Both the position numbers and the translations under genes were made by a program. Positions 21,928-33,558 of a DNA stretch of 64,000 bases are shown piece by piece. The stretch is from contig CAVUXE010000045.1 in assembly GCA_963745235.1 (NCBI GenBank), forward strand, positions 18,087 through 82,086, read 5' to 3'. Below the pieces are notes generated by a model that did not search any database, had not been told where the DNA came from, and was given only the letters and a program-made list of their open reading frames with translations. Each line of letters begins with the position of its first letter. Positions within the stretch are counted from its first letter, which is position 1. The DNA comes from an uncultured Spirochaetota bacterium. GTDB taxonomy: Bacteria; Spirochaetota; Spirochaetia; SZUA-6; Fen-1364.

Positions 21928-22956
21928 CTACTGTCCAGCGTTCTCGCTGGTGACCAGGTGCACGGGCACGCGAACCTTCTGGGGCAGGGTGCTGCCCGCG
22001 AGCAGCTTCACCACGGCGTTGACCGCGAGCACGCCCGTCGCGGCGGGGGCAGTATCGACTGTCCCGCGGTACATGGTGCCCTGCTTGATGTACTCCACTG
22101 CCTGCTTGTCGGCATCTATCCCCACGATAATGGTGTCGGAGGAGGTCCTGCCCGGCATTCTGGAGTGCCTTCATTGCGCCAGGGCTCCGGCGTCGTTGAT
22201 GCTCGCGACGACGTTGATGTCCGGATGGGCCTGCAGTGCGGACTCCATGGAGTTCAGGCCGTTCTGCGGAGTGCCGCCCAGGTAATTGCCGACAATGACG
22301 GCTCCCGGAGCGGCCTTGAGAAGCGCCGCGGCCATGTTCTGCGCGCGCACGACGACGTTCGGCAGGTCGGGGTAGTCCAGGATAGCCACATGCGCGCTCC
22401 CCTGCAGCTCCTTCGCGATGAGCTTGCCGGCGTATTCACCGGCGGCGCTTCCGAGATCCGCGTCTTCAATGCTGATGGAAACACCGCCGAGCTCCGTCAC
22501 GTCTCGGCCCGCGTACTGCACAATCTTGACGCCCTTCTTCGCCGCATCCATAAGGGCGGACCGCACGCTGGGCGGATCGAAGAGACCGATGATGATTGCC
22601 GCGGCCCCGCTTGCGGTGAAGCTTTCGATTGCGCTGATCTGCTTGTCGACCTTGATCTCCGAGTCGAAGGTGCGCACGGGCAGCCCCAGTTTCCTGGCGT
22701 AGCTCACTGCGCTCTCCGCCACAGTGGCGTGGTACTCGGTGGAGTACGTGATGGCAATCACGCCGACGAAGGAGCTCTCTTTCGTCAGGCGAGACCGTGC
22801 GGCAGCCACTTCCCTGTCCGTGGGAGACAGGTCCGCCGCCACGCCCAACCCTGCCGTCAGCAGCGTTGGTTCGGGATACTTCCCACCTTGCGCCTGCGCT
22901 ATTGCAAGCGACGAGCACATCAGCAGCACGACAGCTGCCACTACAAATCGCTTCAT
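21928..22956 (-). CDS. Sugar ABC transporter substrate-binding protein (frameshifts ~22150-22175)
   Basis: Signal peptide MKRFVVAAVVLL..AIA, LQAHPDINVVASIND, IIVGIDAD, VPVHLVTSENA. Confidence 0.9.
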
Positions 22957-22982
22957 TCGCTCCTCCTTGAAAAAGAGAATCT

Positions 22983-23993
22983 TCACGCCGACTTCTCCGG
23001 CTTCAGCTCCCTCGGGTGATTTCCAGAGGACTCGCCCCGGTTTTCCGCCCTCTGCAGGACATTGCGAATGGTAGCCTCGTCCGACACCAGCACGTTGATG
23101 AACCGCCCGCGGAGGGCTCCGAGGATGGGTCCGACCTTGTCCGCGCCGCACGCTACGCCGATGCAGAGGCGCGCCCTGCGGAGATCCGAAAGCTCGATCC
23201 CGATGATCCGCTCCGCGAAGGAAGTCCGGCGCTCCCGACCGTGACTGTCGAAGAAGCGACCGCAGATGTCGCCGACGGCCGAGCTTTTCACCTCGTCCAG
23301 CTCTCTCTGCCGGATCATCCCCGTCCGCACGTACAGCCTGTCGCTCTGCAGGCTGCCGATGCCCACGACATAAATGTCCCCGTGACGGGCCATATCCAGG
23401 ACATGGCGTATGGTCGGGTTCGCTCGAATGATGTCACTTGCCGTGCCGGAGCCGATGCCGAGAATGGCGGGTGAGCTGAGGAAATACGGCCGTGCACCGA
23501 AGGGATGGGCGGCAGCGCGGGTGATCTCGTTATAGTCGATGCCATGGGCCTCATGCCCAAGGTTGCCCATTGCCTGGACGACTGATATCTCGGACACCGT
23601 GCGCGTCAGGAGCGCGTTGGCCAACGAGCGAAGCGTGCGTCCGCATCCAATGACCAGGCGCTGCCCCGGGCGCACGGCGTCATGCAGGTAGTTGGCCGCA
23701 TATCGGCCGACTGTCTCTCTCGTGCTTTCCGGGTCAGCGGTAAGCTCCGGCGCGATCACGGCATCTGTGAGGTGGGGGAAGAGCTTCCGGAGGGACTGGT
23801 CAAGCTCATCGAAGGCCGCAGCCGGATCCACGATGCGAATCTGGACAATACCGCGCTTGCGGACCTCCGTGAGGTACCGGGAGATCTGGCTGGGGGTGAC
23901 CCCTGCGCTGCGGGCAATCTCCGACTGGGTGCGATGCTCGAGGTAGTAAGCCCTGGCAATCTCCATCAGCAGGACGGTCTTCTTGTCCCTCAC
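22983..23993 (-). CDS. SorC/DeoR-type sugar-binding transcriptional regulator
   Basis: ARAYYLEHRTQSEIA HTH, AVGDICGRFFD, KV.PI.GALRG..INVLVSDE. Confidence 0.93.
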   Translation of the reverse strand: MRDKKTVLLMEIARAYYLEHRTQSEIARSAGVTPSQISRYLTEVRKRGIVQIRIVDPAAAFDELDQSLRKLFPHLTDAVIAPELTADPESTRETVGRYAANYLHDAVRPGQRLVIGCGRTLRSLANALLTRTVSEISVVQAMGNLGHEAHGIDYNEITRAAAHPFGARPYFLSSPAILGIGSGTASDIIRANPTIRHVLDMARHGDIYVVGIGSLQSDRLYVRTGMIRQRELDEVKSSAVGDICGRFFDSHGRERRTSFAERIIGIELSDLRRARLCIGVACGADKVGPILGALRGRFINVLVSDEATIRNVLQRAENRGESSGNHPRELKPEKSA

Positions 23994-24007
23994 CCGTTCG
24001 CATCCCC

Positions 24008-24043
24008 GTTGTGCATATTTGTGAATTCACATTTATGCACAAC
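24008..24043. promoter_or_regulatory. 36-bp near-perfect palindrome, candidate SorC operator in divergent promoter region
   Basis: GTTGTGCATA-TT-TGTGAATTCACA-TT-TATGCACAAC; self-complementary except the two TT dinucleotides. Confidence 0.75.
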
Positions 24044-24101
24044 TATGAGAGACTACACCCGGGGGAATGCAAATGCAAGAGCTTTTCTCACGGAGGCCGT
24101 T

Positions 24102-24740
24102 GTGAGGCTGATCCTCGTACGGCACGGGGAAACCGACTGGAACCGCCACGCCCGACTGCAGGGAAGCTCCGATCTGCCTCTCAGCCAGACGGGGAGGGCT
24201 CAGGGCCTGGCCGTCTCCAAGACGTTGAGCCGGGAAAAGATCGATGCTCTGGTGTCCAGCCCCCTCCTCCGGGCCGCGGAAACAGCCCGGATGATCAGCG
24301 ACGCCCGGCCCGCCGGGCCCTCTCCGAGGTTTGAACCGCTTTTGGCGGAGATCCACCTGGGCGCCTGGGAGGGACTGACGCTCGAAGAGCTGCGGGAACG
24401 GTTCCCACGGGAGCTCGATCGGTGGAGAACCGACCCCCGGGCGGTTCCGCCTGGCGGAGAGCCCCGCCGGTCAACGGCTGCGAGGATACGCTCGTTCATA
24501 GGCCGCCTGGCCGGGGACAGCACTGAAACCGTCGTTATCGTGGGGCATCTGCTGGTCTTTCAGGCTTTGATCTGCGCGCTCATGGGGATCTCCCCCCGGT
24601 CGAGGTGGCCCTTCCACCTGTACGCGGCGTCCCTGTCAGAGCTGCGGACCGAGGGAAGCACAACCTCCATCATTCAACTGAACAACCTTTCACATCTGGT
24701 CGCTGCCGGCCTTGACGTCGAGTCAATACGAGACCGTTGA
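24102..24740 (+). CDS. Histidine phosphatase (phosphoglycerate mutase/CobC-like) family protein
   Basis: LVRHGETDWN, SSPLLRA.ETA, EIHLGAWEG, VVIVGH; GGAGG RBS before GTG. Confidence 0.9.
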   Translation: MRLILVRHGETDWNRHARLQGSSDLPLSQTGRAQGLAVSKTLSREKIDALVSSPLLRAAETARMISDARPAGPSPRFEPLLAEIHLGAWEGLTLEELRERFPRELDRWRTDPRAVPPGGEPRRSTAARIRSFIGRLAGDSTETVVIVGHLLVFQALICALMGISPRSRWPFHLYAASLSELRTEGSTTSIIQLNNLSHLVAAGLDVESIRDR

Positions 24741-24771
24741 AATACGCTACCATTCTTCTGAGGGGGTCACC

Positions 24772-25959
24772 ATGACAGAGCAAGGCTTCTCAACCCGCGC
24801 CATTCACAAGGGGGACCATGCGGACAGGTCCATGGTCACCAGGCCCAAGACAATGCCTCTCTACGAGACGTCGGTGTTCGTGTACGAAGACCTGGCGCAG
24901 GTGGACGATTTTCTCAGTGGCAACCGCGACAACTACATGTACACACGCCTGGGAAACCCCAACCAGCGGGCGCTCGAGCTTTGGGGAGCTTCCCTGGAGG
25001 GAGGAGAGGACGCGCACGTCTGCGCCTCCGGTATGGCGGCGCTCCTGGCTCTCCTGGGCTCGGAGTGCGGGGCAGGGGACGGAGTTGCTGCGGCAAGCGA
25101 CATTTACGGCGGGACGCACAGCCTGCTGGAAAAAGAGCTTTCCCGTTTCGGGATCGGGGCTCAGTTCCTTTCCGTGGAAGATCCGCGCGAGGTTGAGCGC
25201 GTCATGCGACCGGGAACGAAAATCCTCCTTGTGGAGACATCCTCCAATCCCCTGGTAAGAGTGGCGGATGTTCCAGCGCTTGCAGAGGCCGCGCACCGCA
25301 GAGGCGCGAAGCTCGTTGTCGACAACACCTTCCTTTCTCCCGTTCTCTTCCAGCCTCTGGCCCACGGGGCAGATGCGGTGGTGCATTCGACCACCAAATA
25401 CATCAACGGTCACAGCGATGCCACCGGAGGCCTCATCGTGTCCGACCCGGAGTGGATTGCGCGGTGTCGGAGGTTCACGCAGAACGGCGGAGGGCTCCTC
25501 AGCCCGTTTGAAGCGTGGCTCACGCTGCGCGGGGCAAAGACGCTGTCGCTGCGCATGGAGCGGCATACGGCCAACGCGAAGGACATTGCGCGGTGGCTGG
25601 AGTCCCGGCCCGGCGTTGCGCGTGTGCATTACCCGAGCCTCCCGAGTCATCCCCATCACGCGCTTGCCGCGCGGCTTTTTCCGCGCGGCGCCGGCGGGAT
25701 GATGGCCTTCGACCTTTCCGGGGGCTTGCAGGCGGCGGATGCGTTCATGAAGGGCCTTTCCTTCATCGCCTTTGCTCCGTCACTGGCCGGGGTTGCAACC
25801 ACCATTTCGCACCCTGCCAAGACTTCCCACCGGGGGCTGTCCGAGGGCGAGCTTCAGAAGCTTGGCATCACGCAGGGCACAATACGTCTGAGCGTCGGCA
25901 TCGAGGACGTGGAGGATATCAGAAGGGACCTCGACCAGGCGCTCGCACACGCCACCTGA
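24772..25959 (+). CDS. Cys/Met metabolism PLP enzyme (methionine gamma-lyase / cystathionine gamma-synthase family)
   Basis: YTRLGNP, SGMAA, VDNTF, HSTTKYINGHSD (PLP Lys), IRLSVGIE. Confidence 0.93.
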   Translation: MTEQGFSTRAIHKGDHADRSMVTRPKTMPLYETSVFVYEDLAQVDDFLSGNRDNYMYTRLGNPNQRALELWGASLEGGEDAHVCASGMAALLALLGSECGAGDGVAAASDIYGGTHSLLEKELSRFGIGAQFLSVEDPREVERVMRPGTKILLVETSSNPLVRVADVPALAEAAHRRGAKLVVDNTFLSPVLFQPLAHGADAVVHSTTKYINGHSDATGGLIVSDPEWIARCRRFTQNGGGLLSPFEAWLTLRGAKTLSLRMERHTANAKDIARWLESRPGVARVHYPSLPSHPHHALAARLFPRGAGGMMAFDLSGGLQAADAFMKGLSFIAFAPSLAGVATTISHPAKTSHRGLSEGELQKLGITQGTIRLSVGIEDVEDIRRDLDQALAHAT

Positions 25960-25994
25960 TTCACCGTTGCGACGGTCCGGCCTTTGCTCAGGCA

Positions 25995-27527
25995 CTATGA
26001 TTGAGCAGGCTGCGCTTCCGGTCGGTCGTCCGGGGCGGAAGGCTGCAGCCAGTTTCTGCCGTCCCGCGCGATGAGGGACGTGGCCGCTTCCGGCCCCCAG
26101 GTGCCCGCCGCGTAGTTGGGCATGTCCACGGGCTCCGCTGCCGCCCACGCCTCGAGGACAGGGGTGATGACCGCCCAGGCGGATTCCACCTGGTCCGCGC
26201 GCATGAACAGCGTGGCGTCTCCCCGCATCACGTCAAGGAGAAGGGTCTCGTAGGCTTCCGGCGGGGAAGCGTTGAAGGCCTCCTGGTAACCGAAGCTCAT
26301 ATCCACAGGGCTGAGCCGCAGCTCGGGCCCGGGATGCTTTGCCTGGAACCGAAGGCTGATCCCCTCTCGGGGCTGGATGCGCATCACCAGCCTGTTGGCC
26401 TGCCAGTCGATGGCCGCGGAGCCGGGGAAAGAGCGGTGGGGAACCGGGCGGAACTGGATGACCGCCTCGGACGACCGGGCGGGGAGGCGCTTGCCCGTGC
26501 GCAGGTAGAACGGCACGTCCTGCCATCGCCAATTGTCCACGAAAAGCTTCACGGCGGCGAATGTCTCCGTCAGGGAGTGCGCCGATACCCCGGGCTCCTC
26601 GCGGTACGCCGCCGCGCGCTCTCCCTCCACCCATCCCCGGCCGTACTGGCCCCGCACGGCGAACTCGTGCACCCGATCTTCCGGGATGGGCCGCACGGCG
26701 CGCAGCACGTCCACCTTCTTGTTCCTGATCTGATCTGCGTCGAAGCTCACCATCGGCTCCATGGCAACGAGGCAGAGGATCTGCAGGAGGTGGTTCTGGA
26801 TCATGTCGCGCAACGCGCCGGCGTGGTCATAGTAGCCACCCCTGTGCTCCACCCCGATCTGCTCGGCCACGGTGACCTGGACGTGGTCCACGTAGCGGCG
26901 GTCCCAGACCGGCTCGAACAGGCCGTTGGCGAACCGGAAGGCCAGGATGTTCTGGACGGTCTCTTTGCCAAGGTAGTGGTCAATGCGGAAGATCTGCTGT
27001 TCCTCGAAGGTCTTCCCGAGGAAGAGGTTCAGCTGCCGCGCAGACTCGAGGTCCCGCCCGAACGGCTTCTCCAGAACCACGCGCGCGCGCGAGCGATCGA
27101 GGCAAAGGCTCGCCTTTCCCAGCCCCTCCACCACGGTAGCCATGACGATGGGCGGCACGGCCAGGTAGAAGATGCGGTCTCCCGCGGCGCCCCACGCCTT
27201 TTCCTGGTCCGTCAGCACGCGGGCCAGGGACGCGAAAGTGCCGGGGTCCTTGAAGTCTCCCGTCACCAGGTGCATCGCGGCGGTGAGGGGCTCCCACACG
27301 GCGCTGTCCACCTTGCCGCGGCGGGAGAAGTGGTCAACGCCGTCGCCGAGGCGCGCGCGGAACGCCGCCTCTTCCATGGGCTTGCCGTCCACGCCTACCA
27401 CCGCGAAGCGCTCAGGCAGCCGGCGGTCCAGCGCCAGGTTGTAAACCGCGGGGCCGAGCTTCCGCCATGCCAGATCGCCGGCCGCCCCGAAGATCACCAG
27501 GATAACGGGCTGATTGTTCCGAGCCAA
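25995..27527 (-). CDS. zwf: Glucose-6-phosphate 1-dehydrogenase
   Basis: IFGAAGDLA, EKPFG, RIDHYLGKETVQN, DMIQNH; TTG start after GGAGGAG. Confidence 0.96.
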   Translation of the reverse strand: MARNNQPVILVIFGAAGDLAWRKLGPAVYNLALDRRLPERFAVVGVDGKPMEEAAFRARLGDGVDHFSRRGKVDSAVWEPLTAAMHLVTGDFKDPGTFASLARVLTDQEKAWGAAGDRIFYLAVPPIVMATVVEGLGKASLCLDRSRARVVLEKPFGRDLESARQLNLFLGKTFEEQQIFRIDHYLGKETVQNILAFRFANGLFEPVWDRRYVDHVQVTVAEQIGVEHRGGYYDHAGALRDMIQNHLLQILCLVAMEPMVSFDADQIRNKKVDVLRAVRPIPEDRVHEFAVRGQYGRGWVEGERAAAYREEPGVSAHSLTETFAAVKLFVDNWRWQDVPFYLRTGKRLPARSSEAVIQFRPVPHRSFPGSAAIDWQANRLVMRIQPREGISLRFQAKHPGPELRLSPVDMSFGYQEAFNASPPEAYETLLLDVMRGDATLFMRADQVESAWAVITPVLEAWAAAEPVDMPNYAAGTWGPEAATSLIARDGRNWLQPSAPDDRPEAQPAQS

Positions 27528-27567
27528 AGGCTCCTCCTTGCCGCCGCTTCCGGGAACGGCCCGCGGT

Positions 27568-28236
27568 TCAAGCGGTGAGCCCAGCGCGGCCCAGCGCCGA
27601 GCGGGTGGTCTCGAAATCCGTGTGGTGGATTCCCAGGATGCCCATCTGTCTGGCCACCTGCACGAACATGCGCCGGTCCTCGACATAGGCAACCTCCGTC
27701 GCGGGGACCTGGGCGATGTCGAGGGCAAGCCGGAAAATGTCGGTGTCCGGCTTTCGGATATGAACGAAGCAGGAGGAGACGAAGAAGTCCACGAACTCAT
27801 TGAGCCTGAATGTGCGGATGCGGTGCTCGGTGAGCTCGCGTCCCTCGTTGCTCACCACCGCGACCTTCAGCCCATGGCGCGCTTTCAAGTTTCGCACGTA
27901 GTCCATCATCGGCGGGAGCGCCGTGGACTGGGCGAACATGAACTCCTTGAACTCAGCCGGAGTGAACGACCGCTGGGTATGGAAGACAACCCGGGAGAGA
28001 TACTCGTCCAGGCTCAGCTTGCCTTCTTCGTAGGTGTCGAAAGTGAGATGGTGCCGCTCGTCCATCTCCTCCCGGTCAAGATGGTACGCCTCCGCCGCTC
28101 GATGCCGCTCTTCCCTTCCCCAGCCGTTGGACAGGAGCACACCGCCGATGTCCAGGAAAAGCGCCCGGATGGAGGCACTCCTCGAAGCGGAACCGGGCCG
28201 TGTTCGTGCTTTGGACATCTCATTGAAAGTAATCAA
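27568..28236 (-). CDS. HAD family phosphatase
   Basis: FLDIGGVLL motif I, VSNE, RKPD, YVEDR. Confidence 0.88.
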   Translation of the reverse strand: MITFNEMSKARTRPGSASRSASIRALFLDIGGVLLSNGWGREERHRAAEAYHLDREEMDERHHLTFDTYEEGKLSLDEYLSRVVFHTQRSFTPAEFKEFMFAQSTALPPMMDYVRNLKARHGLKVAVVSNEGRELTEHRIRTFRLNEFVDFFVSSCFVHIRKPDTDIFRLALDIAQVPATEVAYVEDRRMFVQVARQMGILGIHHTDFETTRSALGRAGLTA

Positions 28237-28361
28237 AAGTGAAAACGTTCGTCATTCTGCGCGTTTTTCAATAAGATAGTCGGGACGCCGCAGCGTCGCA
28301 TCTGCTTGACGGCCGCTGATGAGCAGGCACACAGGAAACAGGAGGTCGTTATGTTGGGCGG

Positions 28362-29129
28362 GTGGAGAAGCGATTCGTGACTGATCCGAAACGGACTCTG
28401 GGTTCCGAGGTGCTCCTGGTTCTCGGCGTTTCCCTGGGATACAGCGCGGCATACTCAGTGACAGACCTCGTCGGAAAGCTTGTCGCAAGGAAGGCCCTTT
28501 CCGCACAGACAAGCACTCTCAACCCGTCCCACGCTTCGGGCCACCCGTGGCTGGACCTGGCCTTTCAGCTTGTCGGCATTTTTTTTGGCGTAATTCCCGC
28601 CCTGCTCGCCCTCTATCTGCTGAGACAGAAAGGGCCTGCTGACCCCATGGGTTTCAGGTCTCGGCGGATCGGTTTTGACGCATGGTCAGGCGTTGGGCTT
28701 GCCGCCGCCATCGGAATACCGGGGCTTGGGCTCTACCTTGCCTCGCGGGCGATTGGGATCAACACCACCGTGATTCCAGAGGCGCTGCCCCTTGTCTGGT
28801 GGACTGTGCCAGTCCTCCTGCTTTCGGCGGTTCAAAACGCCTTCCTGGAGGAAGTGGTTGCAGTAGGGTACCTGGTGAATCGCCTGCGAGAAATGTCTTG
28901 GGGCATTCCGGCGGCCGTTGCGGCAAGCGCCTTGCTTCGAGGTTCCTACCATCTCTACCAGGGTTTCGGCGGGTTCATCGGCAACACCGTCATGGGGGCG
29001 GTGTTCGCATTGTTCTTCATTCGCTTCAGGCGCGTGAGCCCGTTGATCGCTGCCCATTCGATTCTGGATTCCGCAGCTTTCATCGGGTACGCTTTCCTGC
29101 ACGGTCATCTGGGCGCACTTGGCATATGA
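28362..29129 (+). CDS. CPBP/Abi (CAAX protease-like) intramembrane metalloprotease
   Basis: EEVVAVGYL..R, RGSYHLYQG, AHSILD motifs. Confidence 0.9.
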   Translation: MEKRFVTDPKRTLGSEVLLVLGVSLGYSAAYSVTDLVGKLVARKALSAQTSTLNPSHASGHPWLDLAFQLVGIFFGVIPALLALYLLRQKGPADPMGFRSRRIGFDAWSGVGLAAAIGIPGLGLYLASRAIGINTTVIPEALPLVWWTVPVLLLSAVQNAFLEEVVAVGYLVNRLREMSWGIPAAVAASALLRGSYHLYQGFGGFIGNTVMGAVFALFFIRFRRVSPLIAAHSILDSAAFIGYAFLHGHLGALGI

Positions 29130-29177
29130 GCGCCCAGATGACAGCAGATGAAGGGAACAAACTGAAGGGGGCGGATC

Positions 29178-30152
29178 ATGAAGACCATAGCAATTGAGGA
29201 GCATTTTTCCATTCCTGCTTTTGGCGGGAGCGGGACGGGCTCTTCCCGAGGCGGACCAGAAGGACAGTACATGGCGGAGATGAACAGGAAGCTGCTCGAC
29301 CTCGACCAGGGCAGGCTTGCGGACATGGACGCCGCGGGGATCGACATGCAGGTGCTCTCACTTTCGGCAGTCGGGGAGGGCACGGCGGAGGGCGCGCCGG
29401 CCGCCGCCCTCGTTCGCAGCGCGAACGATATTCTGTCCGACGCCATCCGCCGGCAGCCTCGCCGCTACGCCGGATTTGCCGCCCTGTCGTTGCAGGATCC
29501 GCAAGGTGCCGCTGATGAGCTGGAACGGTGCGTCACAAGGCTCGGGCTCGTCGGGGCCATGATCGACGGAACCATTGACGGGCAGTTCCTGGATAACCGA
29601 CGTTTTGAGCCTGTGCTTGCCGCGGCCGAACGGCTCGGGGTCCCCCTCTATCTCCACCCCGCTCCGCCGCCCAAGGCAATCTACCAGGCGTACTACAGCG
29701 GGTTGCCCGAGGCGGTGAGCTTTTCACTTTCCATCGCCGGCTGGGGCTGGCACGTTGAAACGGGCCTTCACAGCCTCAGGATGGTCGTGGCGGGAGTGTT
29801 TGACAGGTTCCCGAACCTGCAGGTCATTATCGGACACATGGGTGAGCTCATTCCCTATTGTCTCGCTCGATCTGACATGATCCTGAGCCGCGCGGCTCCC
29901 CACCTGCAGCGCAGGGTGAGTGACTATTTCCGCACCAATTTCCACTTCACCACCAGCGGGTATTTCACCATACCGCCTCTTCTCTGCGCGCTCATGGTTT
30001 TTGGCGCGGAGAAGATGCTTTTTGCAGTGGACTATCCCTACAGCCCCAATGCCGCGGGCCGTGGGCTGCTCAATACCGCTCCGATAAGCCCGTCGGATCT
30101 GGCAAAGATCTCGCACGAAAACGCGGAGCGGGTGCTGAAGCTTCCCGCGTGA
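29178..30152 (+). CDS. Amidohydrolase_2 family protein (non-oxidative decarboxylase-like)
   Basis: IAIEEH, YLHP, GHMGE, TTSG, FAVDYPY. Confidence 0.9.
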   Translation: MKTIAIEEHFSIPAFGGSGTGSSRGGPEGQYMAEMNRKLLDLDQGRLADMDAAGIDMQVLSLSAVGEGTAEGAPAAALVRSANDILSDAIRRQPRRYAGFAALSLQDPQGAADELERCVTRLGLVGAMIDGTIDGQFLDNRRFEPVLAAAERLGVPLYLHPAPPPKAIYQAYYSGLPEAVSFSLSIAGWGWHVETGLHSLRMVVAGVFDRFPNLQVIIGHMGELIPYCLARSDMILSRAAPHLQRRVSDYFRTNFHFTTSGYFTIPPLLCALMVFGAEKMLFAVDYPYSPNAAGRGLLNTAPISPSDLAKISHENAERVLKLPA

Positions 30153-30187
30153 ATGACCGCGGGGCGCGGAGCCTCAGGATTGCCAGC

Positions 30188-30517
30188 TCAGGGGAAGAGC
30201 TCTTTGAGCGCTTGAGAAGCGGCGTAGATGCTGCCAACACCCGCCAGGTGACAGGTCACCCGCAGTACCTCGGCTATTTCTTCCTTTGTCGCTCCCGCAT
30301 TTACCGCGGACTGCGCCAGAGATCGTACTCCGCTCACGGCGCCGTGGGACGCGTCAAAAGCCATCGCGATGAGCAACTTGATCTTTCTCGGCAGGGCGCC
30401 ATCTGAATAGACCAGGCTATCCCCGCTTTTCATGTGGTCCATGAACACGGGATCGATTTTCATCATCGTCGTGAGAAACGACGATCCCTGGAGCTGGTCT
30501 TTGGGATTTTCCGGCAT
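30188..30517 (-). CDS. Carboxymuconolactone decarboxylase/AhpD-like protein
   Basis: DGALPRKIKLLIAMA...AGATKEEIAEVL. Confidence 0.85.
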   Translation of the reverse strand: MPENPKDQLQGSSFLTTMMKIDPVFMDHMKSGDSLVYSDGALPRKIKLLIAMAFDASHGAVSGVRSLAQSAVNAGATKEEIAEVLRVTCHLAGVGSIYAASQALKELFP

Positions 30518-30592
30518 GGAGAGCCTCCTTTGAGTTGTGCGTGAACGACCAATCCTCACAAGCTCCTCGGCAGATGTCAAGGAGGTTGAAGG

Positions 30593-31300
30593 TCACAGCC
30601 CCAGGTAGGCTTTTCTCACGTTCTCGTTGCCAGCGACGTCCGCGGAGGTGCCGGAAAGCACGATGGTGCCCGTCTGCAGGACGTAGGCGCGGTGCGCGAC
30701 CCTGAGCGCCATCAGCGCGTTCTGCTCCACCAGGAGGATGGTGGTCCCCTTCGCGTTGAGCTCCTTGATGACGTCGAAGATCTGGTCCACGAGCACGGGG
30801 GCAAGCCCCATGGAGGGCTCGTCCATGAGGAGGATCTGCGGATGGGACATGAGGCCGCGGGCGGTTGCGAGCATCTGCTGCTCGCCGCCGGAGAGGGTGC
30901 CGCCCTTCTGATTCTCCCGCTCCTTGAGGCGGGGGAAGAGCGTGAAGGCGTACTCGATACCGTCCTGGATCTCGGCCTTGTCCTTGAGGATGTAGGCGCC
31001 CATCTCGAGGTTCTCCAGCACGGTGAGGCGCGGGAAGATGCTGCGGCCCTCCGGCACCATGCCGATGCCCCTCTGGTGAACCACGTGGGGGGCCAGCTGC
31101 GTGATGTCCGCTCCGTTGAGGAGGACCTTGCCCTCGCCGCGGGTGAAGGAGGCCGGAGATGGAGCGCAGGGTGGTGGTCTTGCCCGCGCCGTTCGCGCCG
31201 ATGAGGGTGACGATCTCGCCCTCCTCAACCGTGAGCGAAACGCCCTTGAGCGCGTGGATGTTGCCGTAGTAGGAGTGGATGCCGTCCAGTTCCAGGAGGC

Positions 31301-31304
<4 letters not shown>
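30593..31304 (-). CDS. livF: Branched-chain amino acid ABC transporter ATP-binding subunit (frameshift ~31140)
   Basis: [42 protein letters not shown]. Confidence 0.92.
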
Positions 31305-32167
<863 letters not shown>

Positions 32168-32200
32168 CCGTTGTCTCGTCCGCCGCGTCTGCCTTCGTCG

Positions 32201-33548
32201 TCATCGGCCCTTGAGCTCGCGCTTGCGCCGCGCCGCGGGAAGGATGCCCGCCGGCCGGTAGATCATCATGAGGACGAGGATGATGCCGAACACCAGGCGC
32301 TGGTACTTGGAGGGGTCGAGCTGGTTGGAGAGGTCCTTCCAGTGGAAGTTGATGATCGGGATCACCGCGTCGCTCTGCCGGAGCTGCGCGAGGAAGAGCG
32401 AGAAGCTCTGCAGCACCTGCAGGTTGAGGAGGGTGACCACCGCCGCGCCGATGATCACTCCGGGGATGCTGCCGATGCCGCCGAGGATGACCATGGTGAG
32501 CACGCTCACCGACTGCGAGGAAGCGTGAAGGATTCGGGGCTGACGAAGGTGCGGCTCGCGGCGAAGAGCACGCCCATGGCCCCGGCGAAGGAGGCGCCGA
32601 CCGCGAAGGCGCCGAGCTTGAGCCTGTTCGCCGGGATGCCCATGGCGGTGGCGGCGAGCTCGTCCTCGCGGATGGCCGCCCAGGCCCGCCCGATCTTGGA
32701 GTCGTCCAGGCGGTACGTGACGATGATCACGGCGACCACCACGAGGACGGCGATGAGGTAGAACAGGATGTTGTAGAACTGGTTGGCCGTCACCGGGTGC
32801 CCGACCAGCGGCTCGAAGAGCGGTTGAAGAAGGCGAGGAGCTCCTGGGCAGGGTCGGCCGCTGGATCGGCGTGATGCCCTGGGGCCCGTTCGTGAGGTTG
32901 AGGGGCTTGTCGAGGTTGTTCGCGAGCTGGCGGACGATCTCGCCGAAGCCCAGGGTGATGATGGCCAGGTAGTCGCCGCGGACGCGCAGCACCGGGCAGG
33001 CCGAGGATGAGGCCGACGATGGCCGCCACGATGATCGCCGAGGAACATGAAGAGGTAGAACCAGTCGGGCGCCAGGAAGAAGGGCGTGCCGGGCGGCGCG
33101 GTGCCGGGTATCGCGTGGAGGAGGAAGGGCTGCTGGGAGCCGAAGAAGCCCCAGAGGTAGGCGCCCACCGCGTAGAAGGCCATGTAGCCGAAGTTGAGCA
33201 GGCCGGAGAAGCCCACCACGATATTGAGGCCCGAGGGCCAGGGCCGAGAAGACCGCGATCTGGAAGATGACCTCCAGGTAGAAGATGTTGCGCGCGCCCG
33301 AGGATCGGCACGAGGACCACCGCGACGAGGACGGCCAGGGCGAGCTGTGCCGGCTTCTTCATGTCGCAGGAAGTAGGCGAGCGACGCTGCCGCCGACGAA
33401 GAGGAGGAAGGCGGGGATGGACCGCGGGCTCAGGTAGACGAGGACGAACCCTGCGGCGATGACAGCGCCGGTCAGCGAGTACGGCGTGGCGCCCCTGTTG
33501 CAGGACGCCGAGGAAGCGGCGCGCCATGTCCCGAAGCGTGGTTCTCAC
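32201..33548 (-). CDS. livM: Branched-chain amino acid ABC transporter permease (multiple frameshifts)
   Basis: [57 protein letters not shown]. Confidence 0.9.
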
Positions 33549-33558
33549 CTCGCACCCC

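Noticed and set aside
26001-27578. Long antisense ORFs (e.g. 26001-27578, 38566-40212, 60011-61765, 56561-57811)
   Set aside because: These are shadow frames opposite well-supported genes in GC-rich DNA, with no recognisable motifs.
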